DNA of 64,000 nucleotides, taken from assembly GCF_009914755.1 (NCBI RefSeq), contig NC_060929.1. One strand, written 5' to 3'. The notes below the pieces were generated by a model. It was not told the origin of the DNA and searched no databases. It was given only the letters and a program-made list of their open reading frames with translations. The position numbers and the translations under genes are program-made. Of this stretch, positions 13,821-29,037 are shown one piece after another; the first letter of the stretch is position 1, and the number at the start of each line of letters is the position of its first letter. The DNA comes from the human T2T-CHM13v2.0 reference genome, Homo sapiens.

Positions 13821-16214
13821 ATGTTATACTCAAGTCGAGGAGATCCAGAGGGTCAGCCTCTACTGCTCTCGCTTCTGATCCTCGCAATGTGGGTGGTGGG
13901 GAGAGGCCAGCTCCACTACTCCGTCCCGGAGGAAGCCGAACACGGCACCTTCGTGGGCCGCATCGCGCAGGACCTGGGGCTGGAGCTGGCGGAGCTGGTG
14001 CCGCGCCTGTTCCAGTTGGATTCCAAAGGCCGCGGGGACCTTCTGGAGGTAAATCTGCAGAATGGCATTTTGTTTGTGAATTCTCGGATCGACCGCGAGG
14101 AGCTGTGCGGGCGGAGCGCGGAGTGCAGCATCCACCTGGAGGTGATCGTGGAAAGGCCGCTGCAGGTTTTCCATGTGGACGTGGAGGTGAAGGACATTAA
14201 CGACAACCCTCCAGTGTTCCCAGCGACACAAAAGAATCTGTTCATCGCGGAATCCAGGCCGCTTGACTCTCGGTTTCCACTAGAGGGCGCGTCCGATGCA
14301 GATATCGGGGAGAACGCCCTGCTCACTTACAGACTGAGCCCCAATGAGTATTTCTTCCTGGACGTGCCAACCAGCAACCAGCAGGTAAAACCTCTTGGAC
14401 TTGTATTACGGAAACTTTTAGACAGAGAAGAAACTCCGGAGCTTCATTTATTGCTCACGGCCACCGATGGAGGCAAACCCGAGCTGACTGGCACCGTTCA
14501 ATTACTCATCACGGTACTGGACAACAATGACAATGCCCCAGTGTTCGACAGAACCCTGTATACGGTGAAATTACCAGAAAACGTTTCTATCGGAACGCTG
14601 GTGATTCACCCCAATGCCTCAGATTTAGACGAAGGCTTGAATGGGGATATTATTTACTCCTTCTCCAGTGATGTTTCTCCAGATATAAAATCCAAGTTCC
14701 ACATGGACCCCTTAAGTGGGGCAATCACAGTGATAGGACATATGGATTTTGAAGAAAGTAGAGCACACAAGATCCCAGTCGAGGCTGTCGATAAAGGCTT
14801 CCCACCCCTGGCTGGTCATTGTACAGTTCTTGTGGAAGTTGTGGATGTAAATGACAATGCTCCACAGTTGACTATCAAAACGCTCTCGGTTCCTGTAAAA
14901 GAGGACGCACAACTGGGGACAGTTATTGCCCTGATTAGTGTGATCGACCTAGACGCAGATGCCAACGGGCAGGTTACCTGCTCCCTGACGCCCCACGTCC
15001 CCTTCAAGCTGGTGTCCACCTACAAGAATTACTACTCGTTGGTGCTGGACAGAGCTCTGGACCGCGAGAGTGTGTCCGCCTACGAGCTGGTGGTTACCGC
15101 GCGGGACCGGGGCTCGCCTTCACTGTGGGCCACGGCCAGGGTGTCTGTGGAGGTGGCCGACGTGAACGACAACGCACCAGCGTTCGCGCAGTCCGAGTAC
15201 ACGGTGTTCGTGAAGGAGAACAACCCGCCGGGCTGCCACATCTTCACGGTGTCTGCGCGGGACGCGGACGCGCAGGAGAACGCCCTGGTGTCCTACTCGC
15301 TGGTGGAGCGGCGGTTGGGCGAGCGCTCGCTGTCGAGCTACGTGTCAGTGCACGCGGAGAGCGGCAAGGTGTACGCGCTGCAGCCGTTGGACCACGAGGA
15401 GCTGGAGCTGCTACAGTTCCAGGTGAGCGCGCGCGACGCGGGCGTGCCGCCTCTGGGCAGCAACGTGACGCTGCAGGTGTTCGTGCTGGACGAGAACGAC
15501 AATGCGCCGGCGCTGCTGACACCTCGGATGAGGGGCACTGACGGCGCAGTGAGCGAGATGGTGCTGCGGTCGGTGGGCGCCGGCGTAGTGGTGGGGAAGG
15601 TGCGCGCAGTGGACGCCGACTCGGGCTACAACGCGTGGCTTTCATACGAGCTGCAGCCAGAAACGGCCAGCGCGAGCATCCCGTTCCGCGTGGGGCTGTA
15701 CACGGGCGAGATCAGCACAACGCGTGCCCTGGACGAAACGGACGCACCGCGCCAGCGCCTACTGGTGCTGGTGAAAGACCACGGGGAGCCAGCGCTGACG
15801 GCCACGGCCACTGTGCTGGTGTCGCTGGTGGAGAGCGGCCAGGCGCCAAAGTCATCGTCGCGGGCGTCAGTGGGTGCCACGGGCCCCGAGGTGACGCTGG
15901 TGGATGTCAACGTGTACCTGATCATCGCCATCTGCGCGGTGTCTAGCCTGTTGGTTCTCACGCTGCTGCTGTACACTGTGCTGCGGTGCTCGGCGATGCC
16001 CACCGAGGGCGAGTGCGCGCCTGGCAAGCCGACGCTGGTGTGTTCTAGCGCGGTGGGGAGTTGGTCGTACTCGCAGCAGAGGAGGCAGAGGGTGTGCTCT
16101 GGCGAGGGTCCGCAGAAGACCGACCTCATGGCCTTCAGCCCGGGCCTTTCTCCTTGTGCTGGATCTACAGAGCGAACGGGAGAACCCTCTGCTTCCTCAG
16201 ATTCAACTGGGAAG
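13821..16214 (+). CDS. PCDHA9: Protocadherin alpha-9 variable exon (798 codons)
   Basis: [16 protein letters not shown] signal peptide, six EC repeats, TM. Phase-0 donor AAG|GTGGGT at 16214/16215. Confidence 0.95.
14277..14290 (+). promoter_or_regulatory. eCBS of alpha9
   Basis: CCACTAGAGGGCGC, 456 nt after the ATG. Confidence 0.85.
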
Positions 16215-17545
16215 GTGGGTTTTTCTAGCATTTTATTTATTTATATAATTTTTTTTCTTGAAAGATATTATCGATTACTCCCAGGGGCCGTTCAAATAGT
16301 TTTATTCATTTTTCTAGAAATCCAGCAGATTTTTTTTCTGATAAAGTAAACCCCTTAACATTGGAGCCGACTTTGTCTTGACTTCTAGTGAGAATTATAA
16401 ACTGTATATTAAATAGATATTTTTTGGGTGCTGAATCAATTTTATTTAAATTTGTGATTAAAGTGACATTGAATTTCTGATGCTATGCTGCCATAACACT
16501 TGAAAACCAATTTAGTTGTTAGTCATTCATTAAACATTAACATCACTATCATTTATTTATTGCTAAATGATGCATAGTATTTTAGTCTACTTGTATTGTT
16601 TATAAGAAACCCAAGCAAAAATATATAGCAATTGTTACCTTGTTAAGTTTGTAGTTCTCTACATTTCTCTGGATGGAGACTGTGAACATCTGATTGTTCA
16701 GCAACCTTCAGTATCTATTATTTTAATAAGAAAGAAACTTCCCCTAAACTTTAGAAAACAGTTGCTCCACTTTAGGAATCAAATTATGTCAATAAATGTT
16801 ATAAACACAGCCTTCATTTCAACTTATATAAAATATGTTTTAAAATGCCTGACAATGTAGATAATTCAAGAAATGTTGACTGAAATTTTGTCTACACTTA
16901 GAACATTTTTTGAAATTCAGTTTACAGAAATTGGAGAAAATGCTTTTTAAACAAGTGTTTCCTTTCTTCAAGAAGACATTCTCCTTTTAATCGAAATTTT
17001 CTCCATTCAGTGATAAAATGATCAGCCATGTGAAGATTCGAAACTTCGAGTTCTTTTGAAATTCAGAGTCTGTAACTTAAAACATTACCCTTATGAATTT
17101 AGATGAGAATTCACTTGTTCTGTCAGTAATCCATAAGACAGAAATCTGTTTTTTTAAAAATATCTTTTTCTCCTCTCAGCTCATACATAACACAAGGCAG
17201 AAATCTGGATATGAGATTTGCCTCTTTAATGTCACTACATGTTATGTTTCCTGAATTGTAGTATGTGACTTTCAAAATGGTGGTTTTCCACACTCTACCT
17301 TTAGTGCAAGCTATTTGTTTGTTTTCTAATTTATAGTTTTAAAAACTTCGCTTATTGAGTTTTTGTTATGTGGTTTATATTTTTCTTTCTCTTTCAGCTA
17401 TTTTATTTAATATTGTGTCAGATATTTTACAAGGTATGACCTAATTAAAAACTCAGTAGAGAAAGATCAGAATGGCCTTGAGAATAGAGCCACAAAAATA
17501 ACTATGAAAATGCCAGTAACGTTTATTTAAAACAAAATATTTTAA

Positions 17546-17897
<352 letters not shown>

Positions 17898-18176
17898 GGC
17901 TTTTTTATTTTTTTTTTTTGTCATTTTCTTTCAAAACTTGAGTGGTCTCTGAGCTCCTGTCATTAAACCTATCTATATCTGTCTATCAGCACAACTCACC
18001 TTGAATATAGTCTTATACTTTCAAGTATCTTTGTCTTTGCACGTTTTTCAAGTTTCATGTGCCATTTAAACTTGGACCCAGGTATCTGATTATTTGATGT
18101 GAATAGAGGGATGCTACAGATGTCATTTGTCTCCCGCCCTAAGTCCTCCAGTCTCCTTAGAGCTAGTACTTACTAA

Positions 18177-18503
<327 letters not shown>

Positions 18504-19218
18504 TAAAATGTGTTCTTTATTATTGACGGCTGTATTGATGGGATTGGTAATTTAGTCCTTCATATTAATCTCTATTCTCTCTCAGAGTACAAGCTCTCAT
18601 CATATGCAAATTCTCAGAAGGGCTGTGAACACCTTAGTAATAAATTTATCTTTTGAGGTCATTAGCAAACATGAACTCACAGGGATCCACAGATGGTAAA
18701 ATTCAAAACAGCCTGTCAAGTTCAAAACAGAGAGGTGAAAGCAGAAGAGACACTTTCCTATTTTGCCTAATAGGTCTCCTTATATGCATCTGTAGTTAAC
18801 ATTCCTCAATTCAAGTTAGAATCATGAAACAATAATGAAGCTCCTCCTATGTCTCTTTTCAAGTTGTAATTACTATATAGGAAAAACTAAGTTGTCACCC
18901 AATATCTTAGACACTTTGAGAGCAAAGGGGGTGCTGTAAATAAGTATACAAGATCACAGACCTAAATTGAGCCTGTTCCAGACAAATTGGGGCCTATGGT
19001 CAACCTATCCTTAGACCTGCTAACGCATTAGCATTAGCAGCACCTAAGTCCTCATTGAATGTTCTGGTTCAAGGCTCCACCTCAGAAATTCTGAAATGGG
19101 TAGTAAGAGCAAATTTTCATTTTAAAGCACACCTGAGATGATTCTCATACAACCGAAATTTTAGATCCATAGCCCTATTTGATACTTGACAGTGCAAGTT
19201 TCTGTAATTTAAAAAGAT

Positions 19219-19500
19219 GTGGTGGCCTGACACCTGCAATCCCAACATTTTGGGAGGCCAAGGTGGGAGGGTCCCTTCCTTGAGCCCAGCAGTTTGAGAC
19301 CAATGTAGTGAGACTCATCTCTGCCAAAAAAAAAAAATTAGCCGGGCATGGTGGCACACATCTCTAGTCCCAATTACTCAGGAGGCTGAGGCGAGAGAAT
19401 CGCTTGAGCCTGGGACATTGAGGCTGCAGTGAACTGTGATGGCACAACTGCATTTCAGCCCGGGTGACAGCAAGATTCTGTCTCAAAAAAAAAAAAAAAA
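19219..19500 (+). mobile_element. Alu (J-like)
   Basis: gtggtggcctgacacctgcaatccc...gggtgacagcaagattctgtctc followed by poly-A. Confidence 0.85.
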
Positions 19501-20589
19501 AGAGTAGTTTAACTACTCCCTACTTTTTATTCAATATTGGACATCTACATTGGGATATTTATGTTATCACTTGGTATAAAATGTACATTAGTAGAAATTG
19601 AGTTTAGTTTTTATTATTTTGTGCGTGGAGATGATTGATCAATGGCAAACTTATTTTACGCTCCAGATAGCTAAAACAAACGTTGATATTTTGATACATA
19701 ACTCATTACATTTTAATTCAGGGTTTATAAAAAAGTAATCTCTAAAATCAGAATTTGAATGAATTTTGATGCAAGAGGCATTCCAGAGGAGTAGAGAAGT
19801 ATAGAAACAGAATTTAGTAGGACACATAAACTGATGGATTAAGTGACACCCATTTCTGTCAGTTTTCTTATTCATAAATATTGTTGCTCTGTCATTCAGA
19901 TTTTAATAAAAAAAGTTTAAAGTAATTGACACATTTAAAAATATTCTTTAGAAAAGTCAAAACATCATTAAATAAAATAAATTAACCCTTGCATAAGACC
20001 AATATGTCTGTTGTTAAGTTTTCCTTTCTTGGAAAGACAGAAAACTCAAGTTTTTTTCAGCAGCACAGATATATTACATTTTCATTCCTGAATATTTGAT
20101 TTCAAGAACTTTGAGAGAGAAAAAAATATTTTTACTGCAAGTGGTGATGAAAAACTTCACTGACATTGATAAAATTACTAGATATATTTCAGAACTGTGT
20201 CTTTTGGGCATTTGAAAAGCGTAAATATAACAGGGTTGAAAGCATTTGCCTCTGAAAGCAGAAATAATAAATTTCTTAATTACTTTATTCAGAATTATAA
20301 TTAAGATTCTTTTTGCCCGTGTAAGATATTATAAAATGAAACTTCTTGTATAAAGGATTTTTCTGTAATAGTACTTTTCTGTTTTCTTAAATACAGAAAC
20401 CACCACTCTCAGCCTGTGCAGTAGCAATAATTAAGGCATTCTATAGGTAATAATTTTGCCTGATGAGCCAAATTTGGTATTGAGCCTCATGAAAACAAAT
20501 GTGGCCAAATTGAGGCCTGAGAATAGTTTCCATTTATGAAGCACTCATTCTCCTTAAGGTACTATTGCAAGCACTTACTATATTATAAT

Positions 20590-20710
20590 TCACTCAACCA
20601 CCGTATTACTATTAGGCCAAAGTTATAAAATTGGAACATGAGGGAGGGAGAGGTTAAACGATTTTCCCAAGTCATGTGGCTAGTGAGTAGGATAATAGGA
20701 ATCTAAATGG
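20590..20710. mobile_element. Probable MIR fragment
   Basis: gagaggttaaacgattttcccaagtcatgtggctagtgagt resembles the MIR core. Confidence 0.5.
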
Positions 20711-21155
20711 AGAAATGTCTGATGTTGAAGCTAATGATCTCTAAATTCTAGTGATGACTAGATCTTCGGAGTTATAAACACCTCACAGATAGTTGATGCT
20801 TGACATTAGTGTCTAAATAAACCTTATTAAATCTCAAAATAATGAGAAAGAGAAGTAAGTTAAGTGTCAGAACTTAAATGGAACTAAAGTTGTCATTTAA
20901 TAAAATATTAGTATACTCAGTAGTATGCAAATATTAAGGGCATTTTGAAATTCGGCTATTGATAATCATGTGGTTAGGGAAGAAATCACTACTCTGAGAG
21001 TCTACATTTAAGAAAACATTGCACGTGGGATCAACATTTATTGTTATTAACTATAAAGAGACGTAATGTGAGGCTTTGAAAGTCCATAGACATAAAAATA
21101 CGTAAAAAAAGAATTAACATATGAATGAAAGAAAAGTTGTGAACTCATGGAATCG

Positions 21156-21195
21156 TACTTACACCTAAAGCCACCGGATGTCGCTGTCGTCCACA
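21156..21195 (+). promoter_or_regulatory. alpha10 promoter CSE
   Basis: TACTTACA-N7-CCACCGGATGTCGCTG with CGCT at 21182-21185. Confidence 0.88.
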
Positions 21196-21373
21196 AAATA
21201 GCTTTTTAGAACAAAGGCATCAGCCAGTTTCTCAAGGACTAGGAAGTAGCGTCATTCTGAGATCTCAGCCATTTCGATAAAAAATAGATATAAGAAATAG
21301 GACAGAAAATGTCAGATCGTATGTGCGTTCTAGACCGCTGATTCGTCGATTTGTAAAACAAGAGAAGGATAAG

Positions 21374-23761
21374 ATGGTTTCCAGATGTAGCTGCCTGGGG
21401 GTCCAGTGTCTGCTGCTCTCGCTTCTTCTCCTCGCAGCCTGGGAGGTGGGGAGCGGCCAGCTCCACTACTCAGTCTACGAGGAGGCCAGACACGGCACCT
21501 TCGTGGGCCGCATCGCGCAGGACCTGGGGCTGGAGCTGGCGGAGCTGGTGCAGCGCCTGTTCCGGGTGGCGTCCAAAAGACACGGGGACCTTCTGGAGGT
21601 AAATCTGCAGAATGGCATTTTGTTTGTGAATTCTCGGATTGACCGCGAGGAGCTGTGCGGGCGGAGCGTGGAGTGCAGCATCCACCTGGAGGTGATCGTG
21701 GACAGGCCGCTGCAGGTTTTCCATGTGGACGTGGAAGTGAAGGACATTAACGACAACCCGCCCAGGTTCTCCGTAACAGAACAAAAGCTCTCAATACCTG
21801 AATCCAGACTGCTTGACTCTCGATTTCCACTAGAAGGCGCATCTGATGCGGATGTTGGAGAGAACGCATTGCTTACTTACAAACTCAGTCCAAATGAGTA
21901 TTTTGTTCTTGATATTATAAACAAAAAAGACAAAGACAAATTCCCAGTGCTTGTTCTGCGGAAGCTGCTGGATCGTGAAGAAAATCCTCAGCTAAAGTTG
22001 TTGTTGACAGCAACTGATGGAGGCAAACCTGAATTTACCGGATCTGTTTCTCTGCTGATCCTGGTGTTAGATGCCAATGATAACGCCCCTATCTTTGACA
22101 GACCGGTTTATGAAGTTAAGATGTATGAAAATCAAGTGAACCAAACATTAGTAATACGGCTCAACGCTTCTGATTCGGATGAAGGAATAAACAAGGAAAT
22201 GATGTATTCATTTAGCTCTTTGGTCCCACCCACGATAAGAAGGAAATTTTGGATAAACGAAAGGACGGGAGAAATAAAAGTAAATGATGCTATTGACTTT
22301 GAGGACAGTAACACTTATGAAATTCATGTAGATGTTACAGATAAGGGAAACCCACCTATGGTTGGTCACTGCACGGTCCTAGTGGAACTACTGGATGAAA
22401 ATGATAATTCACCTGAGGTGATTGTCACTTCTCTGTCTCTCCCAGTGAAAGAAGATGCTCAAGTGGGCACCGTCATTGCCCTAATCAGCGTTTCTGACCA
22501 TGATTCAGGAGCCAACGGACAGGTCACCTGCTCTCTGACGCCTCACGTTCCGTTCAAGCTGGTGTCCACCTACAAGAATTACTACTCATTGGTGCTGGAC
22601 AGCGCTCTGGACCGCGAGAGGGTGTCGGCCTATGAGCTGGTGGTGACCGCGCGGGACGGGGGCTCGCCTCCGCTGTGGGCCACGGCCAGCGTGTCTGTGG
22701 AGGTGGCCGACGTGAACGACAACGCGCCTGCGTTCGCGCAGTCCGAGTACACGGTGTTCGTGAAGGAGAACAACCCGCCAGGCTGCCACATCTTCACGGT
22801 GTCTGCGTGGGACGCGGACGCGCAGGAGAACGCCCTGGTGTCCTACTCTCTGGTGGAGCGGCGGTTGGGCGAGCGCTCGCTGTCGAGCTACGTGTCGGTG
22901 CACGCGGAGAGCGGCAAGGTGTACGCGCTGCAGCCGCTGGACCACGAGGAGCTGGAGCTGCTACAGTTCCAGGTGAGCGCGCGCGATGGGGGCGTGCCGC
23001 CTCTGGGCAGCAACTTGACGCTGCAGGTGTTCGTGCTGGACGAGAACGACAACGCTCCCGCGCTGCTGGCGTCTCCCGCTGGCAGCGCGGGCGGTGCAGT
23101 CAGTGAGCTGGTGCTGCGGTCGGTGGTTGCGGGTCACGTGGTGGCTAAGGTGCGCGCAGTGGACGCTGACTCTGGATACAACGCGTGGCTGTCGTATGAA
23201 TTGCAGTCGGCGGCGGTTGGTGCACGCATCCCGTTTCGCGTGGGGCTGTACACGGGCGAGATCAGTACGACGCGCGCTCTGGATGAGACTGACTCGCCAC
23301 GCCAGCGCCTACTGGTGCTGGTGAAGGACCATGGCGAGCCGTCGCTGACGGCCACGGCCACTGTGCTTGTGTCGCTTGTGGAGGGCAGCCAGGCACCCAA
23401 GGCCTCGTCGCGGGCTTCAGTGGGCGTGGCGCCCGAGGTGGCCCTGGTGGATGTCAACGTGTACCTGATCATCGCCATCTGCGCGGTGTCCAGCTTGCTG
23501 GTGCTCACGCTGCTGCTGTACACTGCACTGAGGTGCTCGGCGGCGCCCACCGAGGGCGCATGTGGGCCGGTGAAGCCCACGCTGGTGTGCTCTAGCGCGG
23601 TGGGGAGCTGGTCTTACTCGCAGCAGAGGCGGCAGAGGGTGTGTTCTGGGGAGGGCCTGCCCAAGGCGGACCTCATGGCCTTCAGCCCCAGCCTTCCACC
23701 ATGCCCAATGGTAGATGTGGACGGGGAAGATCAGTCTATTGGAGGGGACCACTCTAGGAAG
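21374..23761 (+). CDS. PCDHA10: Protocadherin alpha-10 variable exon (796 codons)
   Basis: Start at aagATGg 21374 ([15 protein letters not shown]); the ORF-track start at 21323 is a GTG. Phase-0 donor AAG|GTGGGT at 23761/23762. Confidence 0.95.
21827..21840 (+). promoter_or_regulatory. eCBS of alpha10
   Basis: CCACTAGAAGGCGC, one mismatch to the CTCF core. Confidence 0.75.
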
Positions 23762-25330
23762 GTGGGTTATTACGTTTTCATTTTCCTTTTGTGCTTTATG
23801 AATAATATTTTCTCTTACCGCATTTTCTCAAATATGTATCAGAATATTTCATTTTTGTCTACATTCCATTTATGCTTGAATATTTCTAGTGATACCTTTG
23901 TAATATAATTTATTCCAGGAGTTTTAAAATTTTTTTATCCTACCCAGTGTGTCAGCCTTTGATTGGTACTTAAATTTTTTTAAATAACAATTTATTCTGA
24001 ATACACTAATATTTTCCAATACAAATATGTGATATAGGTTGCAGTTCTGACGATTTACTTTCATAATCACTTTTCGTTACAAATATTTGTGAGATTAGTA
24101 CTTCATGTTATTTCATTTCCAATCTAAATTTTGATTTGATTGTATTTGCATTACCAAAAAATTCCACTGATCTATATCTCTTCAGTGAAAATGTGTTTTC
24201 CTCCATGTGTAGAATATGTGTAGCGTACCACAGCTTATACTGCCATAGTAGATTTCAATGTTCAGTGATTACAGCTTTTTCTCAATAGTGCAGTAAGTAG
24301 GTGGGCAGTTCATTGGTAAAAATTTCTTAATCTTAGCAATTAAGTTAAATGCTTTGAACTTTAAAAACGTTTTCCATTTTTATTTTAGTTGTAGTGGTAC
24401 CTGTGTCAGTGTGTATTATTCACTTAGCAGAAGAAAATGTATGTTTCTTTTATTTACATAATTTTATCCAGTAGCTCTTCATTATCTGCTCCTTTATCAG
24501 CATTAGGCATTGCTTATGATATTCAGGTATTAGCTCTTTCACTTTAAGGAAGGAGTCATGCTTATGTTTAATAATGAAGAGAATTTGAACACTTTTTACT
24601 TTTGAGACTGAAAATACTTTAGTATGAATTAATATTAAAAGTTTGAGGAGAAAATAAAATTAATGTTTTCTACTGATCTGATATATTGTATAGTTTAATA
24701 GCTTCTCTAGTCATCTTAAACAGGGTTGGGTTAGATGATATAGACTCAGAAATGAAAGCTAACTTAGTTGCAGAGTGACAAAACTACACTATCAATTGTG
24801 TTTTCCTGAAATTGGTTGTTACCTGATACCCATGATTTCATTTTTAAAAAAAATTTATTAATTCTAGTGTTACCAAACACCAATGCCATGAATTTGTCAT
24901 CTTGCCTATGGCTCTTAGCAATTACTTTTTTCTTTCCTTTCTCTTTGAGTATGGAGATTGAATTTGTTACTCAGTACGTGCTTCACAAATAGCTTCAAAT
25001 AAAATTAAAATTATTGTTCAAGTTTAGGAACACCAAAAAAAAATTGTGGCAAGAATTTAAGCATGGCATTCTTTCAGTGTTAATACTCTCCATGCCCTGT
25101 CTCCAGCTCTTAGAAATTATAGATGCTAAGTTAATGCAGAGTTTAGAAGTGTATTTGTTATTTTATCAAATAGGTTTATGAAATATATACTTCCCCCTCT
25201 GATATTTTGAAAAAAAATCTTCCTTAATGTCTTATATTATAAGTAATATAAAAAACTTAGTAAAAACTCATATCAATTGTAAAAGTCTCAGGTATACAAG
25301 TGCATTAATCTCTCCATCAATACTAACTTA

Positions 25331-25768
<438 letters not shown>

Positions 25769-25988
25769 TTAATTCACGTGATAATACAGTTGGTGCAGTA
25801 GTACTTTATTTAGGATGTCTACATACAAGATAAAACTCTTCATGGAATTCTGATTTGTAAGACAAACCCACCTTTGAAGAGGTACTGATCATACACAAGA
25901 AGGTATAGGAAAGGAGTTGGAAGCTCACAAAGAGAAACATAAACATATGCAGGAATCAGGAACGAAGAAGATAAGTGAAATAATATGA

Positions 25989-26353
<365 letters not shown>

Positions 26354-26559
26354 GAAAGGTATTTTTTTTAACAGAAGAAAATCAGATTATTCCTAGATCA
26401 GAAAGAAGCTCCATTGTTCCTGTACTTTAAAAACTACAAACACCCATTAAGACCACTTGGAACCTCAGGAACAAGGACCAAAAGGTCTCAGAGGAACTAA
26501 GTCTTTCTAGTCATGAAATATTGTTTTACTAACCAAAAGAGAGGCATAATTTTAGCTGC

Positions 26560-28875
26560 TAGACAAAGTGGCCAGGAATCCCGGAGCCTACAGCACTGGC
26601 TTCTGCTCCTTGAATTTTGTGAAGTGGGAAAGGACCAGTTCCACTACACCATCCTGGAAGAGGCCAAGGACGGCACATAGCGTCTTCGCGGTCCCTATTG
26701 CGCAGGACCTGGGTCTGGAGCTTGTGGAGCTGATACCGCGCCTGTTTCAGTTGGATTCCAAAAGCCGCAGAAACCTTCTGGAGGTAAATCTGCAGAATGG
26801 CATTTTTGTGAGTTCTCTGATAGACCTCGAGGAGCTGTGTGGGAGGATCTCGGAGTGCAGCATCCACCTGGAAGTGATCGTGGACAAGCTGCTACAGGTT
26901 TTCCATGTGGAGGTGAAAGTGAAGAACAATAAAGACAACCTGCCAGTGTTCTCAGCAACACAAAAGAATCTGTTTCTGAAACGAGAGCTCTTGATTATCG
27001 TGTTTCACTAGAGGGTGTCTGTGATGCCGACGTCGGGGCCAATGCTCTGATGACTTACATACTGTGCCGCAATGATTATTTTTCCCTGGAAATACCAAGA
27101 GCAGGTAAAACCACTTGAAGGTGTATTTTAAAAATTCTTTCAGATAGGTAAGTCACTTCAGAGCTACTCTTGGTGCTCAAAGCAACTGATGGGGGCGAAG
27201 CTGAGCTGACAGGCACCAAAGCATTATATATCACAGCGCTGGATGTAAATGATGATGCCCAGTGTTTGACAAAGGAGTCTATCATGTGAAATTACTGGAA
27301 AATGCAAGAGAAGGTACACTGGTTATTAGACTTAACCCCTTGGATTTTGACGAGGGTTCAAACCGTCACATTGTTTCTTTGCAACTGATGTCTCCCCTAA
27401 CATAGAAGCCCTTTTTCGCATAGATTCAGACAGTGGATAAATAAATGTAAAGATAGGTTTTGAGGAAACTAAATAATGAAAGATTCAAATACAGGCAGTT
27501 GACACAGGCAATTCCCCAATGTTTGATCACTGCACAGACTTGATAGAAGTCTTGGACATCAATGATAGTGTTCCAGAGTTAGCAGTAAGTCACTATCATT
27601 CCCTGTACAGGAGGACGCTCCACTGGGTACCGTCATAGCCCTAATCAGTGTAATTGACCCTAACTTCAGTGCCAAGGGACAGACGACCCGCACCCTGACT
27701 CCTCACGTCTCTTCAAGCTGGTGTCTACCTTCAAAAGGCGCTGCCCAGAAACTATTCGTTGGTACTCCACAGCGCCCTGGACCAAGAGAGCAAATCTATC
27801 CATTGTTGGTAATCGCTCGGAATGGGGACTCGCTTTCATTGTTGGCCACAGCCATCGGGTCCGTGGAAGTGGCCGAACAGTGAACCACAATGCCCTGGCG
27901 TTCCAGCAGCCCGAGTACATGGTGTTCGTGAAAGGTAACAACCCGCGGGGCTGCCACGACTTCACAGTGTCCGCGCGGGACCGGGACGCGCAGGAGAACG
28001 TGCTGGTGTCCTACTCGTTGATGGAACAGCGGGTGGGCGAGTGCGCGCTGTCTAGCTATGTGTGGGTGCACGCGGAGAGCGGCAAGAGGTACGCGTTGCA
28101 GCCACTGGACTACGAGGAGCTGGAGCTGCTGCAGTTCTAGGTGAGAGCGCGCGACGCGGGCATGCCGCCTCTGAGCAGCAATGTGACGCTGCCAGGTATT
28201 AGTGCTGGAACGACAACTTTGTCTGCGCTGCTGGCGCCTTGGGTGGGCTGGCGGCGCTGTGAGTGAGCTGGTGCGGTATTCAGTGGATGCAGGCCACTTG
28301 GTGGCGAAGGTGCGCACGGTGGACTCCAGCTATGACGCCTGGTTGTCGCAACAGCTGCATCTGTCAGCTGGCAGCACCCGTTCCACGTGGGGCTCTGCAC
28401 GGGCGAGATCAGCACGACGAGTACCCTGGACGAGGCGAAAGCTACGCGCCACCGCCTGCTGGTGCTGGTGAAGGACCACTGCGAGCTGGCGCTGACTGCC
28501 ACCGTCACCGTGGTGGCGTCGCTGGCGGAGAGCAGCCAAGCGAGGAAGGTCCCATCGCGGGCTTTGGCGGGCGTCGAGGTCCGGGAGGCAGCGCTGGTGG
28601 ATGTCAACGTGTACCTGATCATCGCCATCTGCGTGGTGTCCAGCCTGTTAGTGCTCACGTTGCTGCTGTACACGACGCTGCGGTGCTTGGCGCAGCTCAC
28701 CGAGAGCTCGTGCATGCCGGGCAAGCCCACGCTGGTGTACCGCAGCGTAGTGGGATCTGGTCTTACTCGCAGCAAAGGAGATTTTACTCTGGAGAGTCGC
28801 CTCCCAAGGTCAACATTACGGCTTTTAGTCCTAGTGTTCTCCCATGGTTCAGATTTTGGAGATGGACTTCAATAG
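26560..28875 (+). pseudogene. PCDHA14: Protocadherin alpha pseudogene (decayed variable exon)
   Basis: Collinear homology to a whole variable exon (LLLLEF signal remnant, [29 protein letters not shown]) broken by many frameshifts and stops, e.g. TTC TAG at 28135-28140. No start ATG, CSE or terminal donor recognised. Lies between alpha10 and alpha11. Confidence 0.9.
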
Positions 28876-29037
28876 GAAATTTTTGAGAATATAAGTACTG
28901 TAATCCTGGAAAGTATTTCATTCCTATTAATGTCCCTCATAGTGACATTGATAATGTTCACCAAGTTATTAATTTGATTGCTTTATTTATTTTGCTTTTG
29001 CTTTTTCTTTTGAGATGCTTTATTTAAAGTACACTGG

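Noticed and set aside
13836-13844. RGD in the alpha9 N-terminus (SRGDP)
   Set aside because: It is inside the cleaved signal peptide.
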